In this document: piece after piece, positions 45,547 through 58,127 of the stretch
Position numbering within the stretch: the stretch's first letter is position 1
How the letters are laid out: each line of letters begins with the position of its first letter
Assembly (NCBI GenBank): GCA_001179505.1
Contig: CDMY01000217.1
Span: 1 to 64,000 of the forward strand
Length of the DNA: 64,000 bases
Source of the DNA: Vitrella brassicaformis CCMP3155
Taxonomy: Eukaryota > Protista > Chromerida
Direction of reading: 5' to 3'
Notes under the pieces: generated by a model
Told to the model about the DNA's origin: nothing
The model's input: the letters and a program-made list of their open reading frames with translations, nothing else
Database searches by the model: none
Translations under genes and position numbers: made by a program

Positions 45547-46054
45547 TCTGCGTGTGTGTATGTGTGTGTGTCGTAGGACGTCTGTGGACGGCACCACTTA
45601 CAATGACCTGCTGGACAGTGTGGGCGACGCAGAGCCTCTCGTGTTTGTCATCAGAAAGGGCAAGTACGTCTTCGGCGTCTTCATCAATTGTGGTCTGGAG
45701 CTGCCCGACGACCCGACCGACTGGCATAAGTACGACTGTGATGTCTGGTATTTCTCGCTGGCCGGCCACTTCCCCAAGCCCACCAAGATCGACATCGACG
45801 AAGGGGATCACTTTGTGGTGGTGTCGGGGAGGGAGGGGAGTCTGTCTGGCTGGGCGAATGCGGAGATCGGTGGGCGGCTTTATTTGGGATTCCGGCCTTA
45901 CATCCGCAGCTGCATGCAGGTCACCGATAGCCGTTATCTGCCTGCGGGCTATACGGGGGAGAGGAACGAATATGGCGGTGCTTATCTGGGCGGGTCGTAT
46001 GACTTCATAGCGGATGAGATAGAGGTGCTTCACGTGGTGGGGAATAGCAGATGA
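45214..46054 (+). CDS. Signal peptide plus single TLDc domain (3 exons), paralog of 42206-43051
   Basis: Same exon 1 peptide. Ends LGGSYDFIADEIEVLHVVGNSR*. Second intron at 45486-45576. Confidence 0.88.
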
Positions 46055-49009
46055 GGAAGGGGGGATGTTTCGATTTGGCGTGCGATGAGATGAGTGCTTT
46101 GTGGAGGTTCGATTGGCTTTTGTGTGCCTCACATAAACACACCTAGTGCATGCTGCATGTGGTGTAACAGAGGAGATTAGACGATTTGGGGAGAAATGCA
46201 GTTACTTCTTTGTTCAAGTCGCCGCATTTGGTGTGTGTGGATATAATGGGATGCACTGGCTGGCTGAATGGATGGACGGCACCACAAGAGGGTGTGCACA
46301 TCAATCCCCTTTGTCCGTCAATGGACTCGCCGTGCAAAGCTTGTCACATGTGTGTGTTGATGTCTTGCCCACCCGTCGTCCCTCATCGAACACAGCCACC
46401 CATTCACTCAACCACACAACACACCACACACACACATCCAGATTGTCTGTGTGTGTCTCTGTGTGAGTCTCATGTCATTGTCTGTGTGCTCACTGCCCAC
46501 ACCACTCAGCGCCCCTCAACGCAGCGGACATGTCAGCCACTCAGTCACTCAAAAGCATTACACACATCACCAGCAAGACACCCAACATGACACAGCTGCC
46601 CTCAGGTGGTTGAGGTGTCACATCAGACAGACACAGCCGATACCCTGAGAGTGAGGAGGTCAGTCAACGAACGGCCTGGCCACTCCTTTGTGCGTGTGTG
46701 TGTGTGTGTGTGTCTGTGTCTGTCAGCCGCTCGATGGCCACCACACACAGAGAGGGATGATCAACCCTCACTGTGTCAACTGACCAACAAGGCCGAGACA
46801 GTCAGCACACCGACACACGATGCACACGACAGACGAACCAAACCGGCGTCTCTCTCTTTTTCTCCTTCCCACAGGCACATACACAACAGCAGCAATAGAC
46901 AGACAGAGAGGCACACAGAAGCCATGCAGTGCGATGCGCACATCGGTCCATCCGCCGGTGTCAGTGTGTGTTTATCGACATGGGATCATCACAGCAGCGC
47001 ATCTCCATTCCCTCGCCCGCCCCCCTGTGCGCATCTCTGTCGCCGCCCGGCAACCCTAAAGCTCCAACACCGTTCACGGGCTGACGCTCTGGCGTTGCGG
47101 GGAGGAGAGCTAGATGCCCACAGAGAGAGGGGAGGACACACACGAGGGAAATCAACACATGGTACCGATACAAGACATGATAGAGAGGTCAGTCTCTCTC
47201 TCATCCACTCGACAGGCGGAGAGCTTTCCGTGGCGCTGGGTGGCTTTGTGAGTGTCTGTCCAGCTCTCTCTCTCTCTCTCTCTCTCAGGCAGGTTATCTG
47301 TGTGTGTGTGTCGGCCTGTCTGTCTGTGAGCCGGCCGTGTGTGACGGATGCATCGACGAGAGATCAACACACTCTCGCGAGCAGACCTCACACCCGCCCA
47401 AGAGACAGACAGACGGCCACCGCCAGCCCACACAGCGATTCCTTTGTGCAGCCAGCCAGCCACTCCTCCCTGTCTGTCTGTCTGTCTGTCATCTCTCCCC
47501 CGCCCCCCACTCATCAGCCGACACACTCATCGCAGCAGACGGCTGAGAAGTGGGGGACGAGAAGGAGACATGACAATGGCAGCCAGACCGACCGACACAC
47601 AAAACCCCACAACACAACACACTCTCATAAACACGACAGCCGTCAGTCCATCGATGCCGTCCACGCGGCAGAGAGACAGACAGTCAATTCGCTCACATCA
47701 GCTCGTCGACTCATCGGCCGATCTCACAGCGGCAGCCGCTCGGCCGTCGTCTGGCTTTGTTCCAGCGAGTGAATCACCACACCAACCACACCTCACACAC
47801 ACACAGACACAGACGTCATCGGCCGCCCCTCTCTGTCCGTCTGTGTGTCCCTCCCTCTCTGTGTGTCTGTCGGTGTACCATTGCTCGCAGACACCAAAGC
47901 CCATCATCACACCGCCGCACACCGCCGCATAATGAGCTCTCGTGTTGTCCGGCTGTCTGTCGTCCGTCAGTCGACGACCGACACCCACACGCAAAAGGGC
48001 CACGAGAGAGAGACAAAGTGACAGAGAGAGAAATGTCAGCTAAGGCCAGGCAGTCAGTACGTATTGGGCAGCAGGGGTCGGCGCATCGGCCGATCTGTCT
48101 CCCTTCAGCACACATCATCGCCACCACTCAGTCACACCGACAGACAGACACACATGACTCACAGCCGAGTGCCCCATGACTGACACCAACAGGCAGCCAA
48201 ACAGCGGACGGAATGGCAGGCACAACAAACGAGACTGACCTTCCTCTCTCACACTCTCTGTCCAATATATATATCTCTCTCTCCCACGCAGATGGCGTCA
48301 CTCCATCAACACGAGTGGCTGTGATGGCAAGAAGACACACCCACTACCTCATTTGGTGTGATGGGTAAGCAGTCGTGTTTGTCCATTCCCTCGCCCGCCC
48401 CTGTGTGCGCATCTCTGTCACCGCCCGGCAACCCCAAAGCACCAACACCCTTCGTGGGCTGACGCTCTCAGGTTGCCGGGTACGGACTTAGATACCTACA
48501 GAGAGGGGGGAGGACACACACGAGGGGAAACCAAAACATGGTACCAGATACAAGACATGATAGAGAGGTCAGTCTCTCTCCCATCCACTCGACAGGCGGA
48601 GAGCTTTCCGTGGCGCTGGGTGGCTTTGTGAGTGTCTGTCCAGCTCTGTGTGTGTGTGTGTGTGTGTCTCGGCCTGTCTGTCTGTGAGCCGGCCGTGTGT
48701 GACGGATGCATCGACGAGAGATCAACACACTCTCGCGAGCAGGCGTCAGCCACAGCTGCCACACAGACAGACGGCCACCGCCACCCCACACAGCGATTCC
48801 TTTGTGCAGCCAGCCAATCCTCCCTCTCTGTCTGTCTGTCTGTCATCTCTCCCTCGCCCCCCACTCATCAGCCGACACACTCATCGCAGCAGACGGCTGA
48901 TGAGTCGAGAGCGGGTGTGCGATGGCAGCCAGACCGACAAGCAAAACCACACAGCACCACACAGAGTCAGTCAGTCAGTCAGTCGTCGACTCATCGGCCG
49001 ACCTCTCGT

Positions 49010-49046
<37 letters not shown>

Positions 49047-49507
49047 TGCTCAGCGCCAGTCAGTCAGTCGGTCCATCCGCGAGTGGGCTGCCCACCAGCG
49101 CCATCGGCATGGCCTCCCCAACAGACAGACAGACAGACAGACAGCACCTTCACCGTCACCGAGTCAGACCTGCACCCACACAGGCGACACAGACCGTTGT
49201 GTGTCCTCTCCTCCCATCCATGTGTGTGTGGCTGTCTGCCTGCCGACACACTTATGGCAGCAGACGGCTGAGGCTTGAGAGATGGCAGAGAGATGACAAT
49301 GGCAGCCAGACCGACCGACACACAGAGCCCCACAACACAACACAGTGAGATCGACGCACATACGATCAGAGGGCGACATAGTGAGAGATTCAGTTCAGTT
49401 CAGTCAGCCCGTCCGTCGGCTCATCAGCCGATCTCTCTCCCTTCAGCACACATCATCGCCATCGCGTCGAAGCCATCAGAGAGCCACTCAGACAGTCACA
49501 CACTGAG

Positions 49508-49538
<31 letters not shown>

Positions 49539-49897
49539 GTCTGTGTGTGTGAGTCCTGCCTGTGTCCCAATGTGTGTGTGTGCCCATCTCTCTCTGCGTA
49601 CCAGTTGGTCGAGTGCAGTGTCGTCGCCAGGCACCGCCGCCCCGCACCGCCACACGACATCTGCAGCCCACCACACACACAGACAGATGACCACCACCAC
49701 CGCCCGTTATCACAGCGCCATGCATCACCTCGGCGTGTCACTCACCCGTCAATGTCATGTGCATCAGTCGCCCCGTGTGTTTTTCGGTAAGAGCGGCACG
49801 GAGGGAGGGAGGGAGGGCAGGTGTCCTGATGACAGGCCGTCGAGGAGGCTGGGAACGAGCGAAAACAGCCGTGTTGCCTCTCTGAGACGGGGGGGAG

Positions 49898-52800
49898 ATG
49901 GGGGGGAGGCTTCTGCTAAGCTCGCATCCTCAGCAACGATTTCGCGCAATGAGAGGCAAGTACGGCGGCCCCGATGGCAATTCTGCGCTAGGCGCACCGA
50001 GAGATGGCTCCTCGCCGCCTCTGACGACCCCTTCGCCGCTTTCAACGTGCCCCCACTCGCCGTCACCGGCACAAGCAACAGGGGGGAATGGAGGAGCTCC
50101 GACGGCACACATTCGGCACGAGGGCGGCTCGGAGGGACGGGAGGAGGGGGAGGGAGCTCGGGAGGGGGAGGGAGAGTGTCGGCTGTTGCTGCTGCGGGAA
50201 GGAGAAGACCATGCGAGAGACCATGGAGAGGGAGAGCCCTCATGCAGCCACCCCAAACAGCCGCTCCGGTATGACACTCAGTCAACATGTGAGCCTTCCC
50301 CGCAGTGCTGCGACTCCCACTCCCACTCCCACTCACACACACAAGCGGCCAACGACAGTGCCGACGCCGATGAGGTCGTAATCGTTATCGAGCCACCATC
50401 ACCATCACCATCACCAGAACGAACAAAGCCAGCAGCACCAGCAGCAGTAGCACCAGCAGCAGCAGCCCCGGCCGATGATGAAGGCTTTGACGAAGAGTGC
50501 GGGAGTGTGGGGTCTGACGAGGGGATTGTGGGGGAGTGCAAGGCCATCGATCACACGCCGGTCTTCAGGATGGGAGGGCAGATGTCGCCCAAGGTCGGCA
50601 GTGGCACCCAGCAGCCGACAGGGCAGACGGCCGCCTCTAAGCGGGAGACCAGGATGATGTCGGAGGTGCTTTCGGGAGTGGACTTGCCGAGCGTTGCTGA
50701 GACGTCGGTCTTTTATCGCTCGTAAGCCCTCCTGTGGACATGCAGAGAAACACCCACACACACTCTCTCTCTCTCTGTGCGTGTGTGTGTGTAGGTTTGG
50801 GTATCTTGACTGCATGCAGTTTGTGCTTTTGGTCGTGCTGCTGGCCATCGCCATCGCAACCGCCCTCATCTGGCGGACTCACCTCGGGAGCGGCAGAGAG
50901 GACGGCACCGTGACGGTCACGGTGCCGCGGGCGTATCTAGGCGTTGCGACTTTCTTTGCTGGTATGTACGCCCACGGGCGGTTTCTGGCTTCACTCTCTC
51001 TCTCTGTGACTCTCTCCCTCTCTCTCTCTCTCTCTCTGTGCAGCGCTTTACGTCTACACCAACACCGTCCACACCGAGTTCGCTCTCCTGCAGGCGGCCG
51101 CCATGACGATCGCCATGCAGATCGCCGCCGCATGCTCATTACCACCACCACTCGCAGTGGATGGTGAGCACCCCACAGCCCTCCCCCCCACACACAGAGA
51201 GAGACACAGACACATTGGTGGGTGTGTGTGGTGTGTGGGGGGTGGGGGTCATGGTCTGCAGACAGCCCTTTGTCGATCGCAAGAGCGTTCGCACTCGGTG
51301 TGGGTGCGATCGAAGTGACGAGACTGACGGCGTGGCTGGCGAGAACGGCATATAGACGGGAGAAATGGTACGCACCCACACACAAACACACAGATATACA
51401 CACAAGGAGGTATTGACGCCTCTCTCTCTTTCTCTCTGTGTGCGTCTGTGTGTGTGTGTGTCTCTCTTTGTGTGCAGGTGGTGTGTGCCTCTCTGGTACG
51501 CCCAGACCCTCCTCCCTCTGCTCAGCAACCTGCTCGTCATGACAGCTGCAGTCGCGGCCGGATGGCTGTGGGTGTGGGTGTGGGTCGATCGCAGCCCTTT
51601 GACTAAGTTGGCAAACAGGACAGATAGTGGCACCACGACAACGACCGCAGTGGAGACGGAAATGTGGGCGGTTGCCTACATCCTGGTCCGTATGCCACCC
51701 ACCCACACCCACACCCACACACAGAGACAGAGAGAGAGAGCGCGCGCATTTGTGCGTCCTTTTTTCCATTCCACAGGCATTCCGCTGGGTCCTCTTCGCC
51801 CTCGGCGACATACTCCTCTCCCCCCTCATAGACAAACACCACTCCTCCGTGCCCTTCACGCCCCTCTCCCTCCCCTGCGCCCTCATCCTGCCGTCCACAC
51901 TCGTATTCGCCCTAGCAGTGGTGGAGGGGCGAGTCCTGTGGAGGGGGGCGGCTGTGGTGTGGGGGGTGGAGACGCTGTGGGTGCTTTGGCGCGCTGTGGG
52001 ATCCAGACGGGCGTGGGTGTGGGCATGGGCGTGGAACGGTGCGCTTTCTCACTCTCGGGAGGATCGTGTGTTGTGCGCCATCATTATCATTGTCTCTCTC
52101 TCTCTTTCTCTCTGTGTGTGTGTGTGTGTGTGTATTTGTGTGGTGGGTGCAGGACCGCACGGCTTTGTCAAGTGGTGTGTGCGGCGGTTGTTTTGCTGCC
52201 GCGGCCGCTGCCGTCTGTGTGAGAGGTGGTGGTGGAGATGGCTGCGGCGGCCGGCATTGCCACTGAGCGACATTCACGGCACCTTTGCTGCTGCTGCTGC
52301 AAAGGGGAGAGAGGTAGGTATGGGCGTACTGGATGGACAGACACACACACGTGTATGTGCGTGTTGTGTGCAGGTGTTTGATTCAGGACGGCGTCAAGAC
52401 GACAAGTCTCTGCTCTCATTCTCATTCTCATCCTCATGGCTGGGAGGGAGAAATCGGTACTTCCCTCCCCCCTCAGCCACACACACACACACATACACAC
52501 ACAGAGAGAGAGAGAGAGAGAGACAGAGGGAGAGAGAGAGGAAGGGACACACGAACACTCTCCCTCTCTGTCTATCAGCAATGGCACCAGCACTGTCAAC
52601 AGAGACACCCCCTTTCCCCTCTACTACACCCCCTCCCAGCTCATCCGCTCCAATCCTGCCTACATCCCCCAGAAGCAGTGCCCCTGGTGCACACCAAAGG
52701 ACACATGTCAACGCCACACCAGAGAGAGACAGGCCGAGAGGGAGAATCTCGTTCCCAGTGTGGTGACCATCGAGCAGCGGCTGAATGGCGAGGAGGACAT

Positions 52801-53029
52801 CAACAGATGGCTGGTGTATCGGGCGTGTATGCGGAGTTTTGCTGTGGTGTGGGGGATGCTACTGCTGCCCAATGGAGGTGGAGGTGGAGGTGCGATTGGA
52901 GTGTTGGTGTGCACCGTTGCGTTGGATTGGGTGGGCCTGTTTGTGGTGGTGACGGTGTTGCGACGGCATCTGGTTTACAAGCAGGTGCTGCGTACTCTCC
53001 CTCTCTCTCTGCGTGGACGTACTGCTCAC

Positions 53030-53083
<54 letters not shown>

Positions 53084-54610
53084 TGCCTGGGCCTACGCGC
53101 GATTGCTCGAGGCCAAGCTGCTTTTCCAGCTGCCCCCAGCAGAAGGCACGGCCTCGCCCTCGTCGTGGGGAGGGGACGGCCGGCCGTTCTTCCCTCACCC
53201 TGGAAGGCTCGTCAAGAAATGTACCCAAAACACACAGAGAGAGAGAGAGAGAGAGAGGGGACAGCGAGAGAGGGAGAGATTTGCTGACACACACACACAG
53301 AGACATGTCTTTCTCTCCCTCTCTCCCTCTCTCCCTCTCTCTCTCTCTCTCTGTCTGTCTGTCTGTGTGTGTCTGTCTGTGTGTGTCCGTCTGTGTGTGT
53401 CCGTCTGTGTGTGTCCGTCTGTGTGTGTCTGTCTGTGTGTGTCAGGGCGGTATGTGAATGCGATCCACGCCGCTCGTCTCCGGAAGGGTCGAGCTCTGCT
53501 GCAGCAGATATGCGACAACGACATCCTTATCAGCGGACAAGACGACGAAAGTGGTCGGTCCGCTCCACCGCCACCACCCCCACCACAACACACACATGTG
53601 TCGGTGTGTGTGCAGATGAGGACACGCCAACAGCAGAGCAGCCACACCCGCAGCAGCAGCAGCAGCAGCAGAAGGAAGCTGCCCCCCAGCCCTTGCAGTT
53701 GTCCGATCAACAGCAGCAGCAGTGCCTTGTGGCCACCCCCACCCCCCCAACAGCAGCACCATTGCCACCACCATTGCCACCAGCAGCACCATCACCACCA
53801 GCGGCACAGACAGCGACAATAGCAGCAGCAGCGAGAGACGACACAAGCGACGGTCAGTCCACCATATCGCTCGGACACATCAGTGTTTGACGCGTGTGTG
53901 TGTGGGTGTGGGTGCAGTGTGTGACAGTGCGGCCATTCCTGATGAAGGGCACCCCGTGGCCGATGCCGAGACCCACATGACCATCCCAAAACCAGGTTGG
54001 CGGCCACACTCATACGCAGACACAAAAAGAGACAGAGAGACAGAGGGAGGGAGAGGGAAGGAGAGATCAAAGCCATAGACTCATTTGATGGGTGTGAGTG
54101 AGTATCTGTGTGTGTAGGTCACGAGGCATTGTTTTGCCGCATCTATGGCGACCAGGACAGCCAGCCATACTGCGAGTCAGACGACAAGGCTTCTTCCTCT
54201 CGTACAGCCACACAGACGCACACACACACACACAGAGGGAGAGAGAGAGGGAGAGAGACACACAGACATACCGATGTGTGTGTGTGGGTATGTTTGTGTG
54301 TTTGTGTGTTCAGTGTCTCTGCGGAATGCGGTCCCCTTTAATATCGGCGACCGAAGCCCGCCAGACAGCCCAAACCCAAAGCCCAACCACACAAGCGATG
54401 TGAGCACCCCCAACACATATTCATTTCATTTAGACACCGCGACAAATGCACCCACTCTGTCTGTGTGTGTGTGGGTGTAGAAGAAGCAGCAACAGCAAGA
54501 GCAAGAGCCGCAGAATGGTTGTGTGGATGCGTCTGTGTGCGCCATACAAACCCCGGCCGTCTCGACACCAATGCAGGTACGAAAACACGTGCACCAATCC
54601 ATCCTCCCAT

Positions 54611-54662
<52 letters not shown>

Positions 54663-56465
54663 TCTGTGTGTCTGGGTGTGTGTGTGGGGGGGGGGGGGGN
54701 NNNNNNNNNNNNNNNNNNNNNNNNNNNNNNNNNNNNNNNNNNNNNNNNNNNNNNNNNNNNNNNNNNNNNNNNNNNNNNNNNNNNNNNNNNNNNNNNNNNN
54801 NNNNNNNNNNNNNNNNNNNNNNNNNNNNNNNNNNNNNNNNNNNNNNNNNNNNNNNNNNNNNNNNNNNNNNNNNNNNNNNNNNNNNNNNNNNNNNNNNNNN
54901 NNNNNNNNNNNNNNNNNNNNNNNNNNNNNNNNNNNNNNNNNNNNNNNNNNNNNNNNNNNNNNNNNNNNNNNNNNNNNNNNNNNNNNNNNNNNNNNNNNNG
55001 GGGGGGGGGGGGGTGTCTACCATCACAACACACACTGTCAGCCACTGAGTGTCTCCCCGGCCCTCTCTCTGCCGGTCATCGACGCGACGCATCTGTGGAA
55101 AGACGGTACTACGCCCACAGACAGACAGACAGACAGACGCCGGTATACCTTGGTGTGTGTGACACTGTGTGTGTCTGTGTGTGTGTGCAGATGAGGTGCC
55201 CACCCCCATTGACACCCCCACCGACACACAGAGGGAGGAACACATGCAGCCAATGCACATCGAGGTTAGAGAGAGAGAGAGATGGGCACACGAGCTGTGT
55301 GTGTGTGTGTGTGTGTGTAGGTGGCGCACTCTCTGCTGGCCGAGGGGTTCCAGCCAGCGTCGATGTCAGCACACACCCCGCAAGAAGGAGCTGCCAGCAA
55401 TGGCCACATAGACAGACAAAACCTGGACATACAGATTATCCACAATGGTATACCCAAACCCCTTCACACACACACACAGACACACACACAGAGAGAGAGA
55501 GAGTGTGTGTGTGTGTGTATGTGTGTGTGCACCCTCAGTGGTCCGACAAGTGATCAACGCTGGTGTGCACACCAGAGAGAGAGACGACGGTCGGCACACC
55601 CCCACACCCAACACGTTAATCCCTCATCCACTGTGTGTGTGTGTGTGTGTGTGTGTGGGCAGACGGCCATGGCGGCCACAGCGCGTCTGGCGCGCAGCCC
55701 GCCACAAGGCGAAGGAAGACACAGGCAGTAAGGAGCGAAACAGGCGCCATTCATCCACAGCTCAGCTGTGTGTGTGTCTGTGGGTGTGGGAGCAGCACAG
55801 TGACACCACACACAAAATGTTCAACAAAGTCATCAGCAAAGCCAACAAAGCCTGCAGAAAGGCCATCAGCAAGAACAAGCGGCCGACACACCACCCTGTC
55901 CACTCAACGAAGTACACACACACATAGAGAGAGAGAGAGAGAGTGCGTGTGTAAGTGAGTCTGTGTGTGTGTGTGTGTGTGCAGGCATCACACCACAAGC
56001 AGCACCACCACTACTAGCACCAGCAAGAAGAAGCAGCAGCTGACGGCGTGTGTGCTGCTGCTGGGCCACTTCAGCACACACAGAGACTTCACCGACCCCT
56101 TCAAACGATGCGGTACACATACACACCCACACACATCTACACACCCACACACATCTACACACCCACACACACAGAGGGACAGAGAGTGGTGGCTGTGTGC
56201 GTGTGTGGGCAGAGGACCTGCAGCGGCGAATGGGGGCTGCTCTGCGCCTCAAGGGCGTCTTTGCCACAGGCAACCACTGCTACACACGCACACACACACA
56301 CACACACCACTGCCGCAGACAAACCCCACACACACAGATTGTCCATTCACACCTCTCTCTCTCTCTGTGTGTGCAGGTTTCTCCTTTCTGCAGTCATATT
56401 TCCTGCAGGCTTTTCTGCTGTGCTGTACGGTGTTCACTGCCGCCTTGCTGCCGCTCTTCTGCTGA
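49898..56465 (+). CDS. Large hypothetical multi-pass membrane protein; many exons, spans a gap, may be more than one gene
   Basis: A low-complexity first exon is followed by many hydrophobic exons (MQFVLLVVLLAIAIATALIW; LLPLLSNLLVMTAAVAAGWLWVW; FAVVWGMLLL...LDWVGLFVVVTVL; FLQAFLLCCTVFTAALLPLFC*). Family not recognised. Confidence 0.5.
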
Positions 56466-57181
56466 CCTCTGACCTACTTACTGTCTGCCACTGATTGGTT
56501 GACGAGCTCGGCTTGCTGGCGGGGGGCTCTTCGTGGGCGTGTGAGTGCATTTGTTGGTGTGTGTGTGTGTGNNNNNNNNNNNNNNNNNNNNNNNNNNNNN
56601 NNNNNNNNNNNNNNNNNNNNNNNNNNNNNNNNNNNNNNNNNNNNNNNNNNNNNNNNNNNNNNNNNNNNNNNNNNNNNNNNNNNNNNNNNNNNNNNNNNNN
56701 NNNNNNNNNNNNNNNNNNNNNNNNNNNNNNNNNNNNNNNNNNNNNNNNNNNNNNNNNNNNNNNNNNNNNNNNNNNNNNNNNNNNNNNNNNNNNNNNNNNN
56801 NNNNNNNNNNNNNNNNNNNNNNNNNNNNNNNNNNNNNNNNNNNNNNNNNNNNNNNNNNNNNNNNNNNNNNNGACATGGCGGACAGTGTGTGTGTGGATGG
56901 TGGGTGGTGGGTACTGACGACTGAGGTGCTTTCTCACTTTGTCTGTCTGTCTCTCTGTCTGTGTGTGTGTATGTGGATCTGTATTGTATTGTATTGTGTA
57001 TCGTGCCAACGCACCGGTGAGTGACTGAATGAGTGGGTCGGTCCATCCCCCCAAAGCGTCAACCAGTGCACAGCCATCACTCAGATAAAGAGACGAATAA
57101 ATGACCCAACACACAAACACCCAAAAAAGCGCTCGGCCGCACACACACACATCGGCGCTTGTCTCTCTGTCTGTCTGTCAG

Positions 57182-58091
57182 TCAGTGTGTCAGACAGTCA
57201 GTTGTGAGGCAAAAGACGTCCGCCACGTGCCGCTCCATCGGCCACGACACGGGCGGCTGAAACACTGAGGCCATCTCGCGGATGCGCTCCTCTGTCTGCG
57301 GACCTGTTGGTGGGCAGCCATCGACACACGGAGAGAGATGTGTGTGTGCGTGTGTTTGTGTGTGTTGGGTGTATCCTCTCTCTCTCCCTCTCTCTCTCTC
57401 TGTGTGAGGGGGGGGGGGGGAANNNNNNNNNNNNNNNNNNNNNNNNNNNNNNNNNNNNNNNNNNNNNNNNNNNNNNNNNNNNNNNNNNNNNNNNNNNNNN
57501 NNNNNNNNNNNNNNNNNNNNNNNNNNNNNNNNNNNNNNNNNNNNNNNNNNNNNNNNNNNNNNNNNNNNNNNNNNNNNNNNNNNNNNNNNNNNNNNNNNNN
57601 NNNNNNNNNNNNNNNNNNNNNNNNNNNNNNNNNNNNNNNNNNNNNNNNNNNNNNNNNNNNNNNNNNNNNNNNNNNNNNNNNNNNNNNNNNNNNNNNNNNN
57701 NNNNNNNNNNNNNNNNNNNNNNGGGGGGGGGGGGGAATGCACCTCGTCTGTCATTTCGCTGCCGAGATCTCTCGCTGCACACCCACACACGTATTTCCGT
57801 CTGGCGGTGCGTGTGTGTGTGTGTGTGGAGGCTGACATGCAGGTGTCAGGCGAGCACATGACGTAGAGAATCACCGACGAGTCGGCCCTCCTGTCGCGGG
57901 CGATCTCTGTCCAGTTCTGACGGTCACTGTCGACACACACACACACACAGAGGGAGAGCGACAGAGAGACATATGAGTGCCTGTATGTGTGTGTGTGTGT
58001 GGGTACCTCTTGAAGGCATTGCAGGCGTCAATGACCACTCGGGTCTTTCGCTCCGTGTTGGGGCTGTCCATCAGGCAATCCGCCATTGCTG

Positions 58092-58127
<36 letters not shown>

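Larger units (their letters stand above)
41100..47000. repeat. ~3.0-kb tandem segmental duplication carrying a TLDc gene, plus a partial third copy to ~49790
   Basis: gcgtaccagttggtcgag at 41180, 44180 and 49596. TLDc ATGs at 42206 and 45214 (offset 3008). Upstream and downstream flanks are near-identical. Boundaries approximate. Confidence 0.85.
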
